This document shows, one piece after another, positions 24,101-35,200 of a DNA stretch of 64,000 nt. The stretch is taken from contig JAYWIR010000001.1 of the NCBI GenBank assembly GCA_036172245.1, positions 7,254,001 to 7,318,000 of the forward strand, written 5' to 3'. The translations under genes were made by a program, and so were the position numbers. The notes under the pieces are model-generated. The model did not search any database. It had not been told where the DNA came from and worked only from the letters and a program-made list of their open reading frames with translations. Every line of letters begins with the position of its first letter. The stretch's first letter is position 1. The DNA is from Raillietiella orientalis. Taxonomy: Eukaryota.

Positions 24101-27100
24101 CGCGATCCAGTATCCCGCGGCCGACGGCGGGATTCTCCCGTCACCCTCCGACGGACCACTCTTCGGATTCGCTCGTCTTCTCCTCCAGGAGAAGGTTGCG
24201 CACACCTCGGGCACCCCGTGTTCATTTCGCTGAGTGCCCCCTTCAGGACTTCCTTCAGGGTCGGACACTCCTCCCCTTAGATTCTGTAATCCGGAGTGCA
24301 GTCTTCGCCCAAACGTGTCAGGCCAACCAACCACGGGAACAACCTGGTGCCTGAAGCCTGCCGCGTCTCCTCTCTGAGTCGAGTCTTTCTCAGTTTCCCC
24401 TTGCGTCCCGGAGTTGCTCTTCGGGATTCGGGGAACGGATCTCCCGGCGAGGGACTCGCGGTTTGAAATTTCAGACTGGGGCCGCGCGTGCGGGCCGCGC
24501 GCTTCGCACGTTGACTTGTGCGGGTAACACCGGCGCCACGCGGAGCGACGAACGCCCATCTCCTGCACCCGTGTGAACTCAGCTAGAGCGTAGGTCACGC
24601 TGCTCGCTCCTCATGGAGAGCGTGCGCATCGGCGCCGTGCACGCGCAGTGCGATCTTCGTCAACAATGAATGGGTCCTCGTCGTCAATGCTGCGCACGCG
24701 GTGGCCGCCGCTCGCCATCCTGGCGTAGGCCTCACCTAGTGGGGAGCGAAACGCCCGCAGATCCCCCACCGATGCCCGAGGTGTCGGCGGCAGTAACGAA
24801 TTCATCGGAAGCAGGTGTTGGCCTGCCCCCAGAACACCCCAAGCCAAGCGCGCATATTTATTAGCGGTGGGCACGTGGAGCAGCAGCTTCAGGGTGAAAG
24901 CGGGAGTCAGCCGCTGGTGTGTAATTTCAATGCCACTGGCGAGCGTAATTGCGAACTGCATGGCAATCCTTGATTGAGAAATTCTCGCGGTTCTGCTCGG
25001 CGCGCTGTTTGCTTTCGGGTGATTCCTCTGCTTTCCGTTCCGCCGCACGTCCCGGCGTCCAGCCCACGCGGTGGATCCCGTGGGGAGGGAAACACGCACC
25101 GACTCGCAATGGCCCGAACAAACGTTGGCGATCGCAGGAAAGAGAAGATAACACACGCGATACGTTCGTGGAGGCGGCGTACGTTGCGGCCAGGGAGCGA
25201 GCGGACAGTGGAAGGTTGCCGTGTGACCGAACGTAGCCTTCGCTTTCGATCCCTGTCTGAGATCGTCTTTCACCGGGAGAGGGAGGGAGGGAAGGGGGGG
25301 AGGAGGGAAGAAGAAGAAGAAGAAGGAAAAAAAAAGAAGCGCGTGGAATGCGAGGTTGGCCGCATCCATACGGAAGTGAACTTGGAAGCTTTGTTTTTCG
25401 GTGCGTGTCCCTGCGACGTCGCCACGCAGGACACCAAGTCCTCGTCACCACGTTGGTGACACCTCTGTCGGGTCGCCCAGCCTGTATTGGGTGCTTTGCC
25501 AGTTGTCTCCTCCTCCTCTCGGATTTCGTTTGCGTGCCTTTTTTTGTGTTTCCTTCCGCTCCCCTCCCTTCTCCCTCCTTTTTCGGAATGATGTTTTTTT
25601 TTCGAATTGAGTATTCGATCCAGTGATCGTCTCCGGCCGTTTTCGAGATGGGCGATGGCCTTGGCTCCCTTCTGCTCTCATCCAGAATCCTTCACTCCAC
25701 TCCCAGGTTCTGCCAGACGTGCGCAGGCTTTCTTGACATCACGTGCGCTCTTGGGAGTCTGCCGCGGGATCCTCCGCGATGTTTCCCCTCCCTCCCCAGC
25801 TCCTCAGCTTTGTCGTCATTTGCTGGTGTTTCGCTCGCGGCAGGGAGTCGGTGGTAGGGCGGTGAGGTTCGTGCCTATTCGCCTTCCCTCGACCTCCCTC
25901 TTCAGGAACGCCGCGGGGGCTAAGCTTCCTGCTCTCCCATCCCCTCCTCCACTGCGCCTCCTGCCTCTCTCGCCGATGGCGGCAGCGCGCGCCTTCCAGG
26001 GAGTTGGAGGTGGCGGGAAGGGCAGAGGAAGAGGGAAGCAGGGAGGGCGAGCGAAATGCGCGCGCGCAGTGCGCAAGCACGCCCGGAGGCGCCGCCAAAC
26101 CTTCAGGTCGGGGGAACGCTGCTGCTGATGCCCCATCCGCGGCTACCGCGCAGCGGCTTCCGAGGTCAGGGCGGCTCCTCGTGAAGCCCTGCACTACGAC
26201 TGACCGAGTGTTGGACGGAGCGCCTCGGGCAGGGGCGCGCGCGCACCGGGAACGAGTCCCGGTGAGAGACTTCGAGGGATGGAAGGATCCTGGGTCTGAC
26301 GACTCGGAAAAGAGGAAGCAGGAAGGGAGGCATGGATGGGGATCGCTCTCCAGGAGGGGTGTGGGGAGCTGCCACTGCCAGCGAGAGAGCGAAGGGGAAA
26401 AACCGGAAACGCCACCTCGCTCGCTGCGGAATTTGCAGCTCGAGACGATGTGAGCGGACGGGGAAGGGGGGAACCTCCTCCCACCCCCATGTTGTCCCCT
26501 CTCCATCCCGACATACCTGTCCGATCGAACCATTTTCGCGGACCAAAAGGAGTAGGGAAACGGGCACTTCCCCGCGAACGGAAAGGGCGTTGCGCACGGG
26601 AAACGCACCGCACTGATGGGACCCCCTGTCCCCCCCCCCCTTCTCGGAAAGGATCGTTTCCTCAAGCGTCCTCCTCCTCGCTCTACGGGAGGAACGCGGT
26701 GACGAAACTTTCTTGGTGGCGCTCCTGTATTAAGAGCGTCACGGTAGAATCGCGAACCGGCGCCTGCGATGGAGCTGCCGAGAGATGGGGGCAGGACGAG
26801 AGGTGTCAGTCGACGGCGGCGGGGCTTTGGAGCAGCGCCAGCGGCTCTCTCGCTCATACCCCTAGTGGCACGCGCCGCCGCCGGCCTCCCATCGCTGAGA
26901 CTGCATTGCCCGGACGGCGATCGCGGCGGGCGGGAAGAAGAGGAGGAGGAGGAAAGACGAGGAACCCGGAGAGTTCCGCCGCTCGGTTTCCCTCCGCTCC
27001 TTGCTCGGGCGCGCGCGTCCACCCCGCCGCCCGTCACCGGGAGACGCGGATCGCGGTGACGGCGGAGACGAGCGCGCGGCGGACGCCGTTGGCTTCCACT

Positions 27101-29025
27101 CTGCGCGTTTGCTCGCGCGCGCACCGCCAGTCCCTCGTCCGCCTGCCAGCGTGCCGTACACACCGCCGACGCGCGCGTCCTCCGTGAGGACCCCGACACA
27201 GCAGCCTCCAGGGTAAATATCCTTTTGGTCTTTTGGGGCCGGCCTCCGCTCTCCTCCTCCTCGCGCCAGGGAACCATGGCGGTGGTGGCCGCCGCGCCTA
27301 TAAGTGGACCGGCCGCCCTGCGCGTGCGAGGAAGGGAGGAGAAGGGAGGGAAGGAAGATGATGATGATGATAAGGAGACGAGAGGGCGCTCTTCCGAGCG
27401 ACGGGGTATGGGGACCGAGAAAGGCCCGGGGACCGTCCTCCAGGCTAGGTCTGGAGCATGCCGCTGAGTGCAAGCTCTTCACAAGTCCCGTCGCCAAGGG
27501 CAACCGCCGCTGGGAAACGGATGGCGTCCCGGACGCGCGTTTTCCCGCCCGCGGGCCGTTCCGCCTTCGTCTTCCCCCGTGCCACTCTCCTCGGAACGGG
27601 GGACGGGAGAGGGGGGGAGTAGAGGGGGAGGGAATGCAGACCCCCACTCTCCGAGGAGGAGGGGGGAAGGAAGAAACGAGAGGTGATGCCCCTGTCCCAT
27701 GCGGGCTCCCCCGTTCCGAGGAGACGATGCCTCGCCCTTTCTCTCCCCAGGCGGACAGCTCTTTCCGTCCACTTGCCCCTCTCCCTCGCGGGGAGCTCTG
27801 AGCGTTCGTCGCTTCTTCGTGAAGGCCGCGTATGCTTAAAAGGCCTCCCGAGCAGACTGCCCTTTCCCAGTCCTCCTCGTGGCTCTTCGAGAGATGTAGC
27901 CCCCGGTTAGGAAAGCGAGGGTTCTTGCCGGGGGCAGGGAGAGCAGCGGAGGTCTCAGGCTGCTGCGAGAGGGATGGGAAGGGGCAGTCTGTCCCTGGTT
28001 CTTCTCGGTCCAGGAAAGGACCAGGGGACTCCGACGCCGCATTCCCTTCCAGTACCCTCTTTCCTCCTCCTCCTCGGGAGACACAGGATGAAGAGGAAAA
28101 GCGGGGAAGAGGGAAAAGAGGGATCTCGAAGGGAATCGCAGGCGTGCGAGCGGCGACACCTGTGGTTCCTTTCGGAAGGATCAGGAGAGCCCCCGTTTCC
28201 GGAGGAGAGTCGTTCTGCGGGGAACCGGCGAGGGGACGGGGGAAGAGGGGTGGGAGAAGTGCGCGAATTGGGGACGGCGCAACCCACCGAGCGCACCTCA
28301 GGCCTTTCGTTCCTGCCGAGGGTTCTGGAAGGCACGGGACCTCTTTGGGGGCTCCTGCAGGAAGGTGTGGATCCCGATCGCAAGCCTGGGAGGGAGGCGA
28401 CATCCCCACCGACCCACCCACTGCCTGCGTCGGGAAGGAAAGAGAAGGACCCGTTCCGTTCCTTTCTTCGTTCCCCCTCCCCCCGCTAGCGCTCGTGCCT
28501 CCCGGCATGCCCGCTCGGCGGTGGCAGCCGGGAATTCATCTGCGGGGATGGGCGACGGGAGGTGGAGGGGGAGGGAGGGAGGGAGGGAGACCTGGCACGC
28601 GCACGCTCGCACTCCCTCCGAGAGAGACGCCCTCAGCTGTGCTGCCGCCCGCCCGACTCTTCCTCCTTCTCCTTCCCCCCCCCCCGCTCTTCGCCAGGAG
28701 CTTCTGCCGCAGCTCGCGAGGCGGCGCGCCGAGCAGCGAGGCCACACGCCGCGGCGCGCGCCCCGAAATAGAGCACGCGTTCCTTCGAGCGAGACGCAGG
28801 CATCCCGGGCGAGCGCGCGGAAATCCCTCCCTGCGGAAAGGTCGTTCAGGGATAGCGTGGAAGACGACAGCGGCGGCGACCACCATCACCACCACGTTCC
28901 CGTGAGTTTACGCTCCCCCCCATTCAACGTCCCCTTTCCCCCCTCCTCTCCCCTCCCTATTCCACGCTTCCCTTCCGCGACCGTAGCGCGGAGGCCCGGA
29001 TCGGGACTTCCTTTCTCTCTTCCAG

Positions 29026-29216
29026 GAAGCGCAACAAGTCCTCTTCGCTGGTCATGCATAACAGGAAGGTCCACCTGGAAGACGGGGTGGAGAACCCCTC
29101 AGGCAGGAAGGGCCTGTGGCTGCGGAGGCGCTTTCGCTCGGGAAAGGCCCGGGCGCACTGCCTCAGCTGCCTCCGGACCAACGTCCTGACGCTCCTCACC
29201 GTCGCCGGAGTCATCG
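29026..29216 (+). CDS. Eaat1: EAAT common exon (acceptor at 29026, internal ATG 29054): [20 protein letters not shown]...[12 protein letters not shown]
   Basis: Acceptor ctttctctcttccag|G and donor ATCG|gtaagt. Encodes the start of TM1. The 28 nt before ATG 29054 are open and in frame for a phase-2 upstream exon. Confidence 0.9.
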
Positions 29217-32200
29217 GTAAGTGGGCGAGCGTCGTCGTCTCCTCCCACCATCCCCCCGCCTCTCGCGGCCGCCCGCCGACCCGGCGCACCAACCGACGTC
29301 GTTGCCGGAGCGCCGGGGGGTCCTTCCTGCGCTCCCTACCGCGTTCTCCGCCTGCGCCCGGGGTCTCCTCGGAACGCAGGCAAGTTGCGCCGCCGCCTGC
29401 ACGCACGCGACTTCCGAAGGGAGCGCCAGACAGGAAAGCTGCGGAGGAACCTGCTGCCAAAGTGCCTCTCCCTGCCTCCCTTCCGCCTTCGTCCCCCCCC
29501 CCTTTTCATCTCCCGCCGACTCCGAAAGATCTCTGTGGATCTTGCTGCCGCCACGGCGAATCCTGGCTCTTCCCTTCGCCCGTCCGCGCTCCGGAGCCGG
29601 CCCTCCCCCTTCCGGGCCAGGAATCTCCCGAGCTCGCAGGCTGCCCGCTCCTGCGGGTGGAGGGAAGGGGGAGGTCTCTCCCCCCCCCCCGACCAGAGGC
29701 TTTCGGCCACACGTGAAAGGGCGTCCCACCTAGGAGCTTTTTCAGACCTGGAGGCTCCCGCAGGCATCCCGAAGCGACTCCTTGAGCTGCTTTGGCCCTG
29801 TCGGCGGGGCCGGGAAGGGTGCTGAAAGGAAGGGGCAGAGGGAGTACCAGGGTGGGGACGGGGGCTCTTGGAATTGCGCCGTCCCGCCCCCTTCTCCGAT
29901 AGGGCGGCTCCTTCCTACGACATGGGCGAGGGAAGAGCCCGCGTCTTTCCCTCGGGGGAAAGGGCCCCCCCTTTCTCCCGAGGGCGCAGCCATTCCTCCT
30001 CCTCTCGGGCAACCTTTCTCCGCGTGACCCCCGGCGACGCGGGAGGCTGCATCCCTCCTCTGCCTCTTCAGCGTCGCGAGGGTGGCTCGGACCAAGGGCG
30101 CCCTTCGACCTCCACTCAGCGAGGATCTCGGAGGAAAGGTGTACGCGGGGATGAGACGGGGGTGGGGTGGGAGGAGGAAAGGAGAGTACGAGGATCGGTC
30201 GAGACACAGAAGGTGGGAGAGCGGCCGCCGCGTTCCCGTGAGGGTCGCGGAACGGCCCTTTCCCCTGCCCCTCCCCGCCCTACTCCGGCCGCCGCCGCTA
30301 TTGTGCGGAGAACCCCTTCCGCGCGGCTCCCGCCCCCGTCTGCCACCCCCTGCCCCGCTCTCCCCGGGCGCAAAGAGATCGCGCGCTGCTGCCGCCGGCC
30401 CCCGTGGAAGTTCTGCATGCGCGTTGCCCCCGGCGAAGAGACCCTCCTCCCCTGTGCGTGTTGCCGGCCCAGCCAGCGTTCCCCACTGCCTCACCCCATC
30501 CGTCCTTCCAGGCGGCATCATCCTCGGCTACAGCATCCGACAGGCCTCCGGCGAGCCCTGGAGCCCGCGCGACATCATGTACATGAACTTCGTCGGGGAG
30601 CTGTTCCTGCGGATGCTGAAGACGCTCATCCTGCCTCTCATCGTGTCCAGCCTGGTGTCCGCGGTGGGCGGTCTCGACCTGTCCCTCTCCGGGAAGATTG
30701 GCATCTGGGCGGTGGCCTACTACATGGCGACGACCTTCATGGCAGTGGTCCTCGGCATCATCCTGGTGACGGCCATTCACCCAGGAGGCCAGGAAGGGGC
30801 CGAGTCCATCAGGAGGGAGGGGTCCTCTCGCAATGTCACGACCGCCGACACGCTGATGGACCTGGTCAGGTGAGGAGGAGTGCGAGGAGCGGGGGGCAGC
30901 CACCGCCGGGAAGAACCGCCGTGGCCCTCGGCGCGCCTGCGGCGGCCGCGGTCTCGACTCCCCGGCGACGCGAGGTAGTGGTGCTGCCGCCGCCCTCTCC
31001 CCGGTCTCCGCACCGCCCCTCCCCCAGGAGAGAACCGTGGGGGTCCGAAACTCTCCCGAGGCATTGGTCCGGCAGCGCGAGAAGGAAGCCACTTGCGGCA
31101 GAGGAGACGGAAGAGCTCCGCCCAAAGAGCGCCCCGTCCCCGTGGGGGGAGGGGGAGGCAGGGAGCAAGCAGCGGCTTTTCCTCCCGTCTTCCCGAAACT
31201 CGATCGCGCTTGCGGCTCCCCCGCTGGGACTCTTTCTCACGGCCGGAGGAGCCGCCGCGAAACCCAACCCGGCGGCGGTGCTGCCGACCCCTTCGCTCCC
31301 TTCTTCCTGTTCCTCGTCGCAGGGTCCCCCAAGGGGACCAACCTCCCGCTCCCCATCCTCCTCCTCTGCCCATACGCCGCAGAGCAGCGCACTGGCCCGC
31401 CAAAAGAAAAAAAGGGTCGCAAGGGGGGCGCACCCCTCCCTCTCCATATCCCTCCCTTGTTCCCTTTCGTCCACCCTCTCGGGGACGCCGGAGGGGCGAG
31501 CACAGGAGCCGGGCTGGCGGTGGCCGTCGGCGCGGCGTCGTGCGCTTCCGCCCGCCCGCCGGGGAGATATGCGGGCGCCGTCATCCCTGGGCCGCTCCTC
31601 AGCGGGCGAGCGGCGGTGCCAACGCCAGGGAGTGGCGAGAGAGGGAGGGAAGGAAAGGAGGAGGGAAGGGCGGCCGCCCTTCCAACAGGGGAGTCCTCCT
31701 CCTCTTTTGCTTCGGTTACCCCCCCCCCCCTACCTGGCTCTTCCTCTCGGCTGCGCACTCCCTCTTTTCGAGGGGAGGCAGAGAGGAGAGAGGAATCCGC
31801 CCCTCCCGCCCCCCACACACCCCGCGGCGAGTCTCCGTCCCAGGCGCTCGTCCCCGACGTCGCCGCTTGCTGCCGAGCGCGCGGTATCGACGCGCTCTTC
31901 CCGCGTTCCCGTTTCCGCAGGCGCCCACGCATGTCGCGACCTTGGGATGATACTTGGTCCCTTTCTCGAACCTTCCTGGCGAATCTCTGCGCCGCCCACG
32001 CGAGAGGCACCAGCAGCAAGGAAGGGCAAAGGGGGGAGGGGTAACCTCCGAATCCCCTTCTCCTCCGGTCCTGCAGGGGGACCGGAGGTCTGGCTCCTTC
32101 CACGCGGCCCGATGCTAGAGGGAGCCTTCCATGACCCCGGAGAGCAGGATCGCCCCCTTGCCTGCCTTTTCTACTGGCCTCCAGTGAAAGGCGAGGAGCA

Positions 32201-35200
32201 AGGAGGGCGCCAGGCGGACAGCGACGCTCCTGGACGGCGGCAGGTCTCACCTCCCCGGATTCAGGGGTCTGTCCTTCCCGCGGATGCGTGGGACCTCGGT
32301 TACCTGCCCCCCTTCTTTTTCACGTGCATGCGTGCGGGGTGTGCCCTTACCATTCGTCTCACCATTCTTTTCTCTCATTTCAGGAACATGTTTCCCCCAA
32401 ACCTCGTGGAGGCAGCCATCTACCAGGTGAGTGGCGTCCCCACGGCCGGGAGCTGAGTCGGGACACTCCCTGCCCCCTCCCCCCTTTCCCGAGACGGAGC
32501 CCCAACGGCTGGAAGGGCCCGAGTCCGCCACCCCGGAAACAGTCCGGACCCGTGACCGGCAGGATGGGAGCGCGGGGAAGGGGACGCCCTCCACGTTCCC
32601 GGAGTCCCACTCGAGAGGAAGGGCCGCGAGAGCACACGCACCTTCCGCGAGAGAGAGAGAGAGAAAGAAAAAAAACGTGCATCTTCCCGCGGCCTGCCGC
32701 ATCGGAGGGTGTCGCTCTTTTACGCTCCTTGGACGCAGATCCTGCCTGCGGCCTCTCGATGCGCACGCGCGCCGCCACCGGTTCGCCGCGGCGGCAGTCC
32801 GCGAGCATCGTCGTGCGACGGTCGGTCCCGCGGGCGGCGTCCGTCGGGGAAAAGCGCGTGGAAAGAACGCTTCCCTTCCGATCCCTCCCCCCAGGTCACC
32901 ACCACCACCACCACCACCGGGGCTAACTGCCGCCGCACCAATTCCCCCTCCCCCTCCTTCCCTTCCCACTACTTCGCGCGCGCGGAACGTGTCGCCGCCG
33001 GCGGTAACCAAGCGCCCGACCTTCTCCCCTGCATCGTCGTCATAGTTACCGCGAAGACGCGCTTGCCCGGCGGGGCAAGACAGCCGCCGCCCACCCTTCC
33101 CTCCAGCGCGCGCAACATACCACAGCGATTTCGCCGGGGCCGCCACTGCCTCCTCCGAGGCGGTGCTGGCGCTACCCGCGTGACTCATCCTCTGAGGGGA
33201 TCTGCCGGCGCCCACGGCAGGATGGCAGGGCAGACCTTTGCCTGTCGCCACCCCACCGCAGCTCGTCCCTCTCCTTCCCTCTCGTTCGCCGGGACAGAAG
33301 CGTCTCGTTCCTTGCTTCGTCCTTCGGTCACTCCCCTTCCATCCCCTAAACCAGGAAGAAGAGCGAGCGCGGGAGGGGGGCATTGTTCTGGCACTCCCAT
33401 ACCCGCTGAATGGAGGGGGGTCCGAGCCTGGAGCGGCTTTTCGAGAAAGGGAACCGAAAAAAAAAAACGGGAACATCCTAAAGCTGCAGGGAGAGGAGAG
33501 GAGGAAGGACCGATTGTCCCCGTCTGGATATCGCAGATGGGGAATGCTGGTCAAGAGGAGCGGTCAGTGACCCAGGAATGCACTCGCTCCGGGTGCACGG
33601 CAGATGACGCAGTTGCCAGGGAGCCCTCACGATGCGATCCTTTCCCTGTTCTTGACCCGCAGCCAAGGATGGGAAAGAGAAGGAGGCATTGGTCCCCCTC
33701 CCCCTCCAAGAGGGGACCGGGAACCACCAAGAGCTTTCAGGAGGAAAGGGGAGCTTACCCGTAGGGAAGACGGGTGGGCCGGACCGGGACGACCGAGACT
33801 CCCAAATTCGTATGCCAAAGGAATTTTTATTGTTCGGGAAAACGGAATCCCGGTCCCTGGAGACGGGGTCCGAAGGCGGCAGGTCGCAGAGTAGGTGCGG
33901 GCGACGTTGAAACGGGAGACTTCTGAGCTTGACCTCGGAGGACAAGGAAGAATCGATCACGTCTTGAGCATGGGGAACAAGAGAGCCATCCAGGCCGTGT
34001 TCAGCAGGAAGACTCCACCCGATAATTTTGTGGACCCGTTGCACAGGTCGGTGTTGCAGAAGCAGTAGCTGGAAGCCAGGTGCTCCGGCCCGTCGTTGCT
34101 ATGGCATCCCAACTTGTGCACGACCCCGGAGAGGGTCTCCTTCGAGGCGCATCCCCGGATAGAACACGTCTCTGGAACGAAACAGACGTAGCAAGCATTC
34201 TCGCTGCTATTCGCCTCTGCAGACGCGCGGCTCTTCTTAAGGTTGCGCTAAGTGTCCAGAGTTCCCCTGGTGGCGGCCGAACGCTCCAGGGAGAAACGTG
34301 GCTTCCGGGAAGTTTTGCCGCGAAGATGGAACAGATCTCACAACTAGAGTCTCTCAGAAGGAACGAGAACGCCCTTCCCCAGCCATCTATTCTGGCAGCC
34401 GCCACGGTTGCCCTCCGGTTCGGCAAGAGGAGGGAGAGCGAAACGATGTTTTCCTCCTCTTGTTTTATTTTATCCCTGTTTCGTGCACCTTCGTGCACTT
34501 GCGGTGAGACTGGCATGTCGAGTGCTCCAAGACAGACGCCGCGAAGCGCGGAGGGCGATTTGTGGTCCAGGCCGCCGTAAGGAACGAGGTTGCAGCGAAA
34601 CACGTGCACGGAACAGCACGAGCGAACAGCACGGAAACCCCGGCGCAGTTCAGCAGCGCTTCCTAAGAACAGAAACACCAGTGCCCCCATCCTCCCCCGT
34701 CCATTGGAAAAGCGCGCCAGGTACGCTGGACCCTCCCTGCGAGTGCAGCGGAAAATACTTACCGTTTGATTGGAGATCCACAGAAACGTACTTGGCGCAG
34801 TAGCTTCCCGTGGGGCAAACCTGCTTGCTGTAGTACCACTGGTACCCGCTCTCGCACTTGGGCACATGCTGGTTGTGACCGCACTGGTAGCACAGGAGCG
34901 CGGACACTGGAAAGCACAGGAAGTGTTGGTACCCATTAGTTTGTCGTCCCAACTCGCGGCCATTCTCACGAGACTACTGAACGTTGGAGGTTCCGCGGAG
35001 CGCCCGTGAAATCCCTCCTTTCGATGACAGACGGAAGCCGTTTCCCGCTCTCCAGCCTCTCAACAGGAGGACACACCTGTTTTCGGAACTCTCCTGCACG
35101 ACGGTTAGCTATACACACACCTAACCGTGCGACAGAGCGAGACCAAACGATACACCTTTTGTTTTGTTTTTCTACGCGGGGAGTTTTTCGCAGCCACCTC

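Noticed and set aside
29868-32456. 862-aa ORF and other long ORFs in the GC-rich region (e.g. 25739-27277, 26862-28508, 44123-45727, 8959-10254)
   Set aside because: Pro/Arg/Gly/Ser-rich translations with no domain; expected from stop-codon scarcity at high GC. Several simply overlap real EAAT exons in the wrong frame or strand.
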